A DNA stretch of 60,831 bases, counting the filler, from Hausera hauseri (lineage: Eukaryota), in assembly GCA_046269625.1 (NCBI GenBank). It is 10 parts of 10 records of this genome, joined end to end, with 100 filler letters (N's around TTAATTAATTAA, not from the genome) between each part and the next. Parts side by side here need not be neighbours in the genome. Positions count along the whole stretch, not along the records: positions 12,473 to 17,270 come from JBJURY010432583.1; positions 17,371 to 22,616 come from JBJURY010300057.1; positions 22,717 to 27,819 come from JBJURY010334604.1; 7 more parts are not named here. The stretch is one strand, 5' to 3'. The notes beneath the pieces were generated by a model. The model was not told the origin of the DNA and did not search any database. It saw only the letters and a list, made by a program, of their open reading frames with translations. The position numbers were made by a program, and so were the translations under genes. Positions within the stretch are counted from its first letter, which is position 1; every line of letters starts with the position of its first letter. Positions 12,637-23,229 of the stretch are shown one piece after another.

Positions 12637-13130
12637 CACTCAAAATCACCCCACTGGAAACTCAACAAAGCCTTATTAACACAAACACGACACAATTACA
12701 CAACCTAATTCAGGCATACGTCCAATACGCACCTAATGAGAATCTATCAACATACTGGGAAGTCAGTCCTCAAGTTCACAATAGTAGACAGAACACAAGT
12801 AATAACCACACAGATAGTTAGACATAACAAGAAAGTAGAAAATACCATACTAAGAGCAATAAAACTGACTAACAACAGGACCGATCCTCACCACAGCTGC
12901 AGACATTATACGACGAACTCTTCAAACACCAACAATATCGGTACCACGGCTCATACATAAGAACCACACTACATACTACAACACAAGAAGCCCCTAACAC
13001 TTGGCTATCGAACAAAACATACAAAGAAGTAGTCACATACGCCGCATTTTACATCACTTTCACAAATCTGGAAAAGTAAGAAAGCATAAAAACATCATCA
13101 AAACCAAAATTAAGCTATCAAAAATCAATG
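12637..13130 (+). pseudogene. L1/Tx1-like ORF2 fragment (region after the endonuclease)
   Basis: HWKLNKALL followed by YWE..KFTI. It continues the IYAP...ILGHF endonuclease-like fragment at ~17040-17146. Confidence 0.5.
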
Positions 13131-14352
13131 TTTTGCATCAAATGGTGAACGCCACAACCCACATATCTTTAGATTAGAAAGTTTGCTCCCTTAAAATAAA
13201 ACGTTTTAAAATGGGATATTAATGCTGTCAGTAATTAATATCCAAGGGAAACAATTCTTAATCATAATTGCTAATTATTACTCGAGTTTTAAAACTTTGT
13301 TACCCTGAATTTATAAGAAATTACTAGTTTTTCAATTCACGTAAACTATATGAAACTCATAAATCAAAGTTTTATTCTATTTATTTAGAAAATTTTAAAT
13401 CATTTAATATTACACTGCTTCTTTTAAAAGTAACCACATCATTTTATATTCACTTTTATATAATTACTGCAGTAGCTAAACCAGCTACTCAGTTGGGATT
13501 GATGATAAGTTATTATAAGTTTTTCTCGAGAGGAAGTTGATTCTAGATAAACTTCCTTGCCTTAATACAAAGTAATGATTATAGTTTATATTCTTCAAAT
13601 GTTTATCGTATTTCTTTTTTTGTTTTAGTTTATAACTGATATTTAGTTTCTTAATTAAATTTTGCAATAAGAAACCTAACTATTAAATTGATGTATCCAA
13701 ATATTTATAGGCAGTTAAAATTAAAGCACACAATATATAAAGGTGCAAATCGTGGGCATTGCGTAAACAATTGAAGAATTTTTTTGAAAGCAACAGAGAA
13801 CGAAATTATATGTGTGTACCGATGTCAAAGAGATCATCGCACGATATTCACATTAAATATCGCAAAATTTTGCGTGATTTGTTTAGCACCCCTCAAAACA
13901 TGCGCGCGAGTTTCGTGCGATAGTAAGAGGATGGTGGTAGCCCCTAGCATCGTGGTGGATCAGTTGTATGAGGCCTAGCATGGAATGACACCTGAAGGAT
14001 CTCGGTCTGGCGTTGAAGATCAATGTTATTCAAATGGAGGATATGCGTACACCCAGGGGTGCGGGAGACCTCTCCAGGGGAATGAAACAAAAATTTCTTT
14101 CAAATGATGTTTGGGAACGTGGCCTGTGGATAGATTTTGTCCTAGTTGAAAACGGAGACGGTTTTTAATTTTCTGACATCCTGCAAGCTGAATTCACCTC
14201 TTCTAGCCAATGTTATCCGCGTTGATCTAGGGGTATGAAACCTTCTTTCTATTCTAATAATATCATCTTGCACACAAATCATGCAATAATAAAAAAAAGC
14301 ACACACACATGCACACGAATACACACACACATCTCCACACACACGCACGCCC

Positions 14353-14470
14353 GAAGACGATGTAAAATCAAGAATAGGAAAAGCCAGACGGGCATTTGCT
14401 TTATTGAAGAACATATGGAAATCCAAACAATTAACAATTCAAACTAAAGTACTATATTCAATAAAGATAT
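14353..14470 (+). pseudogene. RTE-clade LINE fragment
   Basis: DDVKSRIGKARRAFALLKNIWKSKQLTIQTK. Confidence 0.65.
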
Positions 14471-15619
14471 TAACATAAGAACAGCAAAAGGAATACAAAC
14501 ATTTATAACACTGTTTTTTTGTTTGTATAGTGGTCCATTTAACCTAGCCTTAATTGATTATTTATTTGAAACTTTTATTGACGTCAGGAAAAGTTCCATA
14601 AAAACGCAACACAGATATGGAATGCAATACTCATGCAGTAATTCATTAAAGCTAATTCACTAACTTCGCTTGGTAACACACAATATTATTCTCCATACAC
14701 ACTCACTCACACACGCACACAATACAGGAGTACATACATTTTAAAGTGATAATTGTATAGACTGCCAGTTTCGGGGTTGGTAATTATATTCATAACAGGC
14801 GGGGTGGCGTCAACTGAAAGGCGGACGATACGAGGCGTAAACAGGGTTTGTTTACACGTTCCTAGGTAAAACTTCGGTGTGGCTGTCGTTCTTTTATTCC
14901 CTGGTGACAACCCTCGCCCATAGTGCTCTATCTTTTGTGAAATAATCAGCAATGATTCGAACTCACACAAGTCTAGCACTGTAGTCATCGCGCTATTTGA
15001 GTGGGGGGGAGGGGGTTGCACTATTTCCAAATGGTGTAATCATCGAAGCAAAGGTGTAATCATTAGGCAACAAAGTTATAATCGGCAACGCCCACTTTTC
15101 TACATAGGTGTTGGGGGCGTAAAGGGGGGGGGGGGGTGATTGCATTATTTCCAGCGGGTTCTGTGGACGCCGAAGCACAAAAGAGATGTATAGTCAAATA
15201 TGTACAAGGCATGTTTCATGGCCATGAATGAACAAACAAAGGATGGGCCGCTATGGGTCTGCGCAGGGAATGTGAGAGATGTGCTAGCTGAAAATGTTTC
15301 TCAGGGGTGTAATGTCCGTCAGGGTAAACTGCGTTGTTACGGATTGTCTATACTAAGTGTCTGTATTCGGCCAGTATTGTCAGAATGTATGTCTGTGCCG
15401 TGGTTGTCACTGTGGCAATAACATTTGTCATGATGACTTTGTGCATGGGGCATTTAGGCGCTTATTTGGTAAAGAGGACCTCTTGTGTCGTATGGTCAGG
15501 ATCACTATGACACAAGAATAAAATAGTTGCTCCTCCGTCTCTTGTAGTTTCATGGGGCATAGTTTACAGAAGACTGTGTTGCGGGCCCGGAAACAGGGCC
15601 ATATAACTAACGTTTATAT

Positions 15620-16880
15620 ATCAAGCGAAAGGTAATTTCTTTGGTTGTCGGTGAGACCGGAGTGGTGTGTAGGGTTGTATATATTGTGGTATGTGACCTG
15701 TGATGAAATATTTGTAACCCATTTTGATGCGGTAGAGTAGTTGGGTGCTTGTTTTTAGACAAGTTGCTGGTAAATTTGTTTGGTTGTTAGGTGTAGGAGG
15801 GATTCTTTTGGGTGGGTAGCAGTGATGCATTCTTGATAGAAGGCCGGCAGTGGTCCGAAATAGTGTCGTACTGTGTTGCTGTGTTTATGCAGTTTGGTTA
15901 TTTGTATGTCAATGTAATAGTTGGCTAAAGGGTGTTGTTTGTGCGTGTTTGGTGATCTCCGCTATGTGGCGGATTCAGAGCGCTTCTATTTTTTTGTTTG
16001 TATGTCGTGTTATCCGATGCCGCCTGCGCGTTTGTCTTGGATGAGGAGGGTCTTGTGCTGTATGTTGCTAATGGCATTTTTGAAAATGAATCTCTTAATG
16101 CACCGATTTATTCGCCTGATGATTTCTTTGGGTGGTGTGTATACGTTTGCTTTGTAGAATAACAGCGAGAGTATGTAAGTGTTTACCACCACGCTCCTAC
16201 CAACGATGGTAAGGATCTTGTGTTTATACATGGCCAGGAGGTCTTCCTTTTTTGAGGCGACCCGTCTCTATCGTTAGTGGCGGTTTCTCTTATTTGTTGA
16301 GTAAAATTCAATACCGTACACCTTCATTTCGTGCGCATGCGCCAGCGAAAGGACGTGCTCGGCCTTGTTCTGCCACTGACCGCCCATAATTGTGGACTTC
16401 TGCACATTGAGTTTGGATCTTCTTACTGTCAGTGGTTGGCGATGGCCGAGCGGTTAGTGCACTCAGCTGTGAGTCTAGTGGCGTGGGTTCAATTATGGCA
16501 GCCGGACCTCGGGTTTACCCAGACTGAAATGGGTACCAGGATAAAAACTGGGAAATAAATGCGACGAGAAAGGTGGTGGCGTCCCTACTCACAAAGGCTA
16601 AGCCTAGATAAATGAAGGCACTAACACTTCATTCCTTAGGGCATTCATAATGCTACGGGACCAAGTTTACTATTTCGAAATCTTCGAACACAGCGAGAAT
16701 GTTGCGGATAGATTTGAGGTCGCCCGGGAATAGCGTCGTATCGTCCGAATAAGCTGTAAGTTTGCACTCCTCGGCGCCTGGTATCATGACGCCTTTGATG
16801 TGTTTATCTTGTCTTATGGCCTCTAACACGGGCTCGAGCGTCAGAACATATAGAAGTGTGGCGAGAGTGTCAGCCGGATA
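15620..16880 (-). pseudogene. L1/Tx1-like reverse transcriptase fragment, interrupted by a SINE
   Basis: LYVLTLEPVLEAIR...AYSDDTTLF (16653..17000); LTIVGRSVVVNTYILS...GGIG (16010..16231). Confidence 0.8.
16438..16670 (+). mobile_element. tRNA-derived SINE with a Nin/Deu-like central core
   Basis: A box TGGCCGAGCGG, B-box-like GGTTCAATT, core CCTCGGGTTTACCCAGACTGAAATGGGTACC, tail GGGACCAAGTTTAC. Confidence 0.65.
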
Positions 16881-17158
16881 GGTTCGCTCAAAGTGTGGTT
16901 GATCAGAAGTCGACTTTCGGGTGCTTTGTATAAAATTCGTACCCAGTTTTAAAGTATTCTCCGAAATTGCACCTGTCCAGGATTTGGCGCAGGTATTCAT
17001 GTGACAACCCTATATTCACGCACTGGATTTCTCGGATGGGCAGAATATATGCACCAAGAAATTTCACCACAGCGACAGTCCAACACCTTCAGCAAATCCT
17101 AAGTTTCACAGAGCACAAGGCAATCCTCGGGCATTTTCACGCATCCACCGCTCACACA

Positions 17159-17270
17159 GGGGTCTTCTGTGGCTGGGTGGTTAAGAGATCTCACCTCGGA
17201 AACGATGGTAGGGGGTTCGAGACCACGTAGGATCCCACTCACGATGGACTGGCCATCTGTTGTGAGTTTT
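17159..17270 (+). mobile_element. 5' part of a tRNA-derived SINE
   Basis: A box TGGCTGGGTGG and B box GGTTCGAGACC. Confidence 0.65.
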
Positions 17271-17370
17271 NNNNNNNNNNNNNNNNNNNNNNNNNNNNNN
17301 NNNNNNNNNNNNNNTTAATTAATTAANNNNNNNNNNNNNNNNNNNNNNNNNNNNNNNNNNNNNNNNNNNN

Positions 17371-17960
17371 ATTTCAAAGAGAAATTGAGCAATTCTTCCA
17401 CCTAGTAGCAATGTCGCAGCTATTCCGGACGACGCAAGAGCTTAGGTTATGCCATTTTGGAATCAAATTGCTGCCAGAATCAATATGCTTAGAAACGTTT
17501 TACCAGTTCCTCCTGGCGCATCTAAGAAGATTTCTCCAACTCCGTTATTGACAGTTTGCATTATTTGATCGTAAATGCCTTTTTGCCCAAGCGTTAGCTT
17601 AGGAATATTTGATTGAACATATGACAAAAGATCACTCGTGTTATAATTTTGTTCACGACGCAATTCTACATCGAACGAAGCAGCAGCAGATAGATTCGGC
17701 GATGACATTTTCCAATTGATTGAGAACTTTGTTGGAGACTTCTAAGCACAAATCTTCAATCATTATCAACGCTTCGTTGTAGATTTCTGCTGTGAAATCC
17801 ATGTTCGTATTTAAATTTTCATTGCGTATTCGACGGAAAATATCTTTAGCCCAGTGCGATTTATATTTCGCCCATAACACTGTTGGAGATAAAGGAGATT
17901 AGGTGGTCAATATGATTGCAAATAATGCACGAATTTGATTTGGATGTTTCGTGTTGCACG
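17371..17960 (-). pseudogene. Helitron Rep/Hel PIF1-helicase fragment
   Basis: FLDAPGGTGKTFL, ALASSGIAATLL.GGR, LWAKYK...YNEAL..IEDLC. Confidence 0.9.
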
Positions 17961-18630
17961 AGCATATTTCATTTGTTTAAACATTTGATTCGAATAATTT
18001 TACAGTGCCAAACGAGGTACCATTAAACGAGGTACGGCTGTATTAAGATTTACTTAATATCTTTGCAAACATAATTTCCTAAGAAATATTCGTTATTGCC
18101 TATAAGTACATCCAACTGTTTGTCCATAACAAATGTAGTTGTCGCGGGTGTCAAAACAATTTTGCTAACATTTCTGTGTTTCCTCGTATATATCAAAGGT
18201 AGTAATTTTAAGTATTAAAACAGTTTCAATCACGAGTAAACATTTTATGGAAACAAAACCAATATTTTAAATCATTAAACTACAATAAACGAGCGACGAA
18301 ACAACGGCCATTAATTAATTACTTTGCTGCTTTTGGATAACAATAATAATGCACATGTAACAGGAATGGAAAGAAAACCCATCAGAGGTTCAATATAAAC
18401 AAAATGCACAACAAGGGTTTATTATTTACAACAAAACATACACATAGTTACAGTTAAATGGCGTTTGATTTTGTATCACGAACAATCCAGGATCAGTGTC
18501 AACAGTCCCTTCGGTCTGCCGGCACTTTCGTATCTTCAATGCTGAGTAGGTAGAAGTGACCTCTCACCGCACTTCTCTGATTGGTCGCCAACCCGTTTTT
18601 CCCACCTGATTGGCTATCCTGAATATTTCA

Positions 18631-19605
18631 CTAAAATTTTCTCACGACCTCCCCCAGAAAATGAGGTCCGGCAAAGAGGTTCGGACCAGGTGATATTGAT
18701 GGCGCGTGACGAGGTGAACAAAAGTTAACAGAGCTGTGGTATTGTGAATCGTCCGCCGAGGCGTACGAGTCCTCGGTTGAGGAGAGTAGCGGATCGTTCG
18801 GTGCAGCCCGAATCATGACATTGTCCGAACTGGAGTCTGACGGAGCTGGCTTTTGTCGTATCGTCTTCAGCCGGCGTCGACGGCACGGTACTGAAACCTC
18901 GTCTGGGCTGGAGCTCAGAGTTTGCGGTCTGTTGATTGTGCGTCGATCGGGAATCAACTGGCTCTCCGAAGGAGCCAGTGATTCGTAGAGACGGTCAGAG
19001 GCAGCCATCAGTCTTAAGACGACTGGCAGGAAAATTGACAAGTCAAAAAGGCGTTGGCCTTCCCGTCTTCGTAGAACCGATGAAGCGTGGTCGCCGGTAG
19101 ATGGTATGGATCGTACTGCCCCAGCCGGGTTAAGTGCCGAACGAAACAACTCCGTTGGAGCAGCTCCCGTACCGTCTGAAAGTCCGAGTAGGACCGGTAC
19201 GGGGCTCGCCTGTTTGTGTTGCGGCGTTGTCTGCCTCGTGGGCCGGTATCTTGCCGGGTGCACGTTGCCGCTCTTCTGATCGGCTTCGTTGCCGTACGGC
19301 GATACGGCGGTACTGCCTGAGTCGTCGTGTGTCGGTCGGGGTATCTTTGGAGTACGATATCCCGAAGTCAACGATGTCGTCGTGGCGTCTACTGGAGTAG
19401 TAGCGTCGGCCGGGGCGGCCTTCGAACCTTGTTTGGCGATCGGTTCGCCTGGTTTTGCGGTTGTTGGTATCTGCACCTGTTTGAGCGCTATCAGTGCTGC
19501 TGATATTTTTGAGTTCGGTGCTGACATTTTTGAGTTTGGTGCTGCTGACATTTTTGAGTTCGGTGCTGCTGACATTTTTGTTTTTCTTTTAAAAGTAATG
19601 TGCAA
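18631..19605 (-). CDS. Low-complexity S/P/A-rich ORF (324 aa), possibly a TE ORF1/gag-like protein
   Basis: Long open GC-rich frame in an AT-rich context, with N-terminal (M)SAAPNSK repeats. No recognisable domain. Confidence 0.45.
   Translation of the reverse strand: MHITFKRKTKMSAAPNSKMSAAPNSKMSAPNSKISAALIALKQVQIPTTAKPGEPIAKQGSKAAPADATTPVDATTTSLTSGYRTPKIPRPTHDDSGSTAVSPYGNEADQKSGNVHPARYRPTRQTTPQHKQASPVPVLLGLSDGTGAAPTELFRSALNPAGAVRSIPSTGDHASSVLRRREGQRLFDLSIFLPVVLRLMAASDRLYESLAPSESQLIPDRRTINRPQTLSSSPDEVSVPCRRRRLKTIRQKPAPSDSSSDNVMIRAAPNDPLLSSTEDSYASADDSQYHSSVNFCSPRHAPSISPGPNLFAGPHFLGEVVRKF
19495..19580. repeat. Coding minisatellite, 21-24 bp x ~3.5
   Basis: (GTGCT)GCTGACATTTTTGAGTT(C/T)G units. 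Confidence 0.85.
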
Positions 19606-20414
19606 TCTTTAATCTGTGGATTTAAACAAACGGATTAAATCTACAGATCTTGAATGTTTTTTAGTATTATAAGTGCTGGTTACTTCGGCACTTATAATTT
19701 GTAATTTAATTTAAGTATTTTGAGAAAAATTTTGTTTAGTGAATCCGTGATTTTGAATTTTGAGAAATTTGTAAATTTTAAATTGTTATTAGTAAAAAAA
19801 ATTTATTTTCCTAATAAATAATCTGAATATTAATCTTAATATTTTGTAAGGTGGAACCTTACATGTGGCTTACAGAAATGTAAGGGAGAGGCTCTAGAAG
19901 AGAAAGGAGCTAAACAGGAAATGTGTCACGTATAACGCGAAATATGTTGTTAGCACTGAGAAAATGTGTACAAGGGGTAAATATATACTGGCAATTCCAA
20001 TGGACATGGTTGCAAGTCAGTCAGACCACGGGAACATGGGGAAAAATCGATGGGAAATTTTCAAATAAGTAAAATTTCCCCATGTTCAAGTCTGCCGGTG
20101 ATAGAAATTTGTCTAATACATTGCCAATAAGTTGGGGGAAAATTCATGTCATAGCCGCATCACAATCAGACCAATGGGTCCGGCTGAAAAATAAATCTAA
20201 CGAACGAACGAACGAACGAAAAACGAATGGTTAACAAATCAAAATTATCATCGTTGTAAATGCCTTCGTTCGTTTTGTAAAAAGTCGTGTGAATTTTATT
20301 TTGTACGATGACGACGACGACGGCCACGACGAGCTCATATTTGAGTACTACTACTCACAAGGAGAATGATTGTGATGAATGAAAATATCATATTACTTCT
20401 AATGATTTGTTTCC

Positions 20415-20570
20415 AAAAAACAACGGTTGGATAAACGTACACAGCAATCCAATGTTCGCTCGGCAACAATGAGGTGTGCGTATTGACAATAAAGCCACCA
20501 GTTTGTCGTAAAATCACGCGGCATACAGTCCAGTATAAACACATCACGAAATGTCACGCCCAAGAGCAGT
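20415..20570 (-). pseudogene. Polinton adenain-like cysteine protease, truncated
   Basis: FIVNTHTSLLPSEHWIAVY, directly downstream of the major capsid gene. Confidence 0.75.
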
Positions 20571-20687
20571 TTTCCGTAGTGACTGAGCTCGGTGGAGCTA
20601 AATGTGAATTAAGTATAATAGTAATAGTAATAAATTACTTCATAGTACAACGAAAAAGAAGAAAAGGTGAGACACAGCGGATATTAT

Positions 20688-21909
20688 TTATACAACGACG
20701 GTTCCGTTTTTCGTTATTTCAACCGTGACATCAAATACACTGTAAATGTACATCACGGTAGGTTGCTCCAACGCTTTAGCAAAGTAAACCGCCAGTCGTA
20801 GGTTTCCCTGCTGAGGTAGTTGAATCTGTTCAACGTCATAATTCGGAGCCAGGACAAAGGTAAAGAATGGATAGGTGTACTTGAACAAATCCATCGATAT
20901 GTCATTGTAGATATTGTTGTTCAGCAAACCCATGTTGCGCACGATAGATTGCATATATGTGAAAACATAATCATTAGACTCAAAGTATTGTTTGTAGGTC
21001 TCAACGAAATCCGCATTCCGACCCAAACTGATGTTATTCACATTTCTATGGGCAAACGTTTTCGAATCGATGGTATAACTTCCCGTTTGTTGAATAGTGG
21101 TTTGGAATGTAATAAGCACAAATTTAGGCCATCGCATGTCGCCAAACAGGGCATCTTTGTAAAACGTAGTTGAAACTTTCGGTATGGTGTAAAAGACGAG
21201 TTCTGTGCGTTGTATCGGTTAACAGGCATTTTGTGTTTCCAAATCCAATTAATGTCCCATGAGCACATATGGTTCTACCTTTACTTGACGTACGTATAAT
21301 CGTGCTTCAGTAATATTTAGTATGGGTTTGAGATTTGCAACGGTGGTTTTCAAACAAAAGACATTGTCGCTGCGTTTGAGCCGAATCATGGTTTAACACC
21401 AAACAGTAGGTATTTCGGCTAATCGAAAAAGTCAAAGAACAGGGGTCCATACATGGTAAGTGTTTTTGATTCTGCCACCCATGCCTGACGGTTTGCTGCA
21501 GTGACGTCATATCCGATGGTTTTTGTCAAATGAGTCGTTTTCATCTCAGTACTGTAATTCAGAGCCGTTTCAATGAGTGCTTTGATACTGTCTAGACTGG
21601 TGTTGCCTGCGATTTTGCCGCTGTTTAGAGTCAGTGAAACCTCCTGGAACAGTGTGAGGAAAAGGTAATTGGCCAGTGCGACAGTGTCTGTTGCAGCGAG
21701 AACCGCTGATGCATCCTTTTTAACAATAACTTATACATAGAAAAGTGTATCGTTGAAATCCAGGTATTCATTGTCCGATGCCATAATGTTGAATTGAATA
21801 TCAGTGTTATCAAATCAACGGGGTAAATTTCTTCAAATGCCGCATTATCAATAACAACTTATGGTGCGCCTTTTTCAAATATACACCATTCAGATTTTGC
21901 AGATGCCAT
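20688..21909 (-). pseudogene. Polinton major capsid protein (double jelly-roll)
   Basis: FEEIYPV, IEFNIMASDNEYLDFND, LFQEVSLTLN, WPKFVLITF, QGNLRLAVYFAKAL...VEITKNG. Several frameshifts. Confidence 0.85.
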
Positions 21910-21924
21910 TTGTCTGTGAATGAA

Positions 21925-22270
21925 TGAATCGAAAATCCTACGACGACGATGTTTGTTTGTAGTTGATAAGCTCGATGATCCTCCACGACGTTTTCTCAAG
22001 CCATTGCCAGCGAATTGTTTTTTAACCGATTCAACGACTCCCGGTGCAGCGCTTTTTATTTCTGACAGGGCGTGTTCCTTCAGTGATGGTAAAGTCGATT
22101 TGTTTTCGTATAGTATGTCCTGTGGCGTTCTTGCTGCCACGACTCCAATACGTTTCAACACCGGGAATTCTAAACGTACCAATGTACGTAACCATCCAAA
22201 GCCATACTGTTTACTAACGAATTACACCAAGTTCACCATCCTGCTGGGGTTTACTGTAAATGGATACGAT
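21925..22270 (-). pseudogene. Polinton basic core-like protein (GxG motif, PM-like)
   Basis: QYGFGWLRTLVR..FPVLKRIG...AGNGLRKRR...HRRRRIF, lying between the penton and the major capsid. Confidence 0.6.
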
Positions 22271-22277
22271 TTCTGAT

Positions 22278-22598
22278 TCAATTATGTTGGATTCGACGGA
22301 AATAAAGAGTTAGAGTGGTTGTGATACCGTACGGAAATACAATAAGGCAGACCACGTCATATCGGATATTGACTTCAATATTCTTTATAGATGTAGATGC
22401 CACAGGTAGGTACATTGAATTATCGAGCTTGACAGTGACACTGTCACCAGCAGTATACGTGATGTTTTCCGGATAAATTGCACGGAGTAGGGGTACAAGT
22501 ACTCCACCGACCAAAATCGGTTCGGTGGCGTTCACGTAATTGTACATTTGACTTAGTCCAGTTTTCAGTTTGGGTTTAAGTGTTGCAACAGTTGGCAC
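22278..22598 (-). pseudogene. C-terminus of the Polinton minor capsid copy 2 type
   Basis: KPKLKTGLSQMYNYVNATEPILVGGV is near-identical to 12280-12372 and ends TLTLYFRRI. Confidence 0.85.
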
Positions 22599-22716
22599 CT
22601 CCTCTCCTGTTTTCGTNNNNNNNNNNNNNNNNNNNNNNNNNNNNNNNNNNNNNNNNNNNNTTAATTAATTAANNNNNNNNNNNNNNNNNNNNNNNNNNNN
22701 NNNNNNNNNNNNNNNN

Positions 22717-23229
22717 GTCTGATATCTCAGATACTTCAGCAACCGTGAAATCCTTCCTTACGCTTCTATGGCATTGTTCACGAACCAAAAATGTTTCGAG
22801 TTTCATCGGTTTTAATGATTTTATTCGATCAACTGAGTTGACAGAAAGAATCCCCATCGAATTATGTTTGGCTGCATGGATCGAAAAATTTGCATATGAC
22901 ATGTCGCCCTTATCTTTAACTGATTGAATTGAGTTCGAGAATTCTTTACATGTAACATATTTTTGTGGAAATAAAGGGTATAAATATTTCAAAAATGAGT
23001 CAACACATGGATCAAGAAAAATATCGGAGAACTGCTCGTAAAAATTGGGGCCAACTGATTCATTTGGTCCCTGAGAAATTATACAACTATTGGAATTTGT
23101 GGTAGGATTTTGAATTTGATTTGTTTCATCTTCAATGTTATTGCTATTAGAAGGAAATGAAAGATCCTTATTTTTTTGAGTGAACGCTGTTTTCATCCGA
23201 ATAAAATTTTGTAGTCGATGCATTGTCAT
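22717..23229 (-). CDS. Unknown ORF, truncated by the contig end
   Basis: Open for ~170 codons and overlaps the 3' end of the 1030-aa ORF in another frame. Confidence 0.35.

Larger units (their letters stand above)
18544..20376. mobile_element. Unclassified element sharing both ends with 52378-53111
   Basis: Left end GAGTAGGTAGAAG plus two CTGATTGG; ~400 bp of the right part is homologous and ends TACTACTACTC-ACAAGGAGAATG.TTGTGAT. Confidence 0.6.

Noticed and set aside
16438-16510. tRNA gene
   Set aside because: A and B boxes are present but there is no cloverleaf, and it continues into a SINE body. The same applies at 17165-17230.
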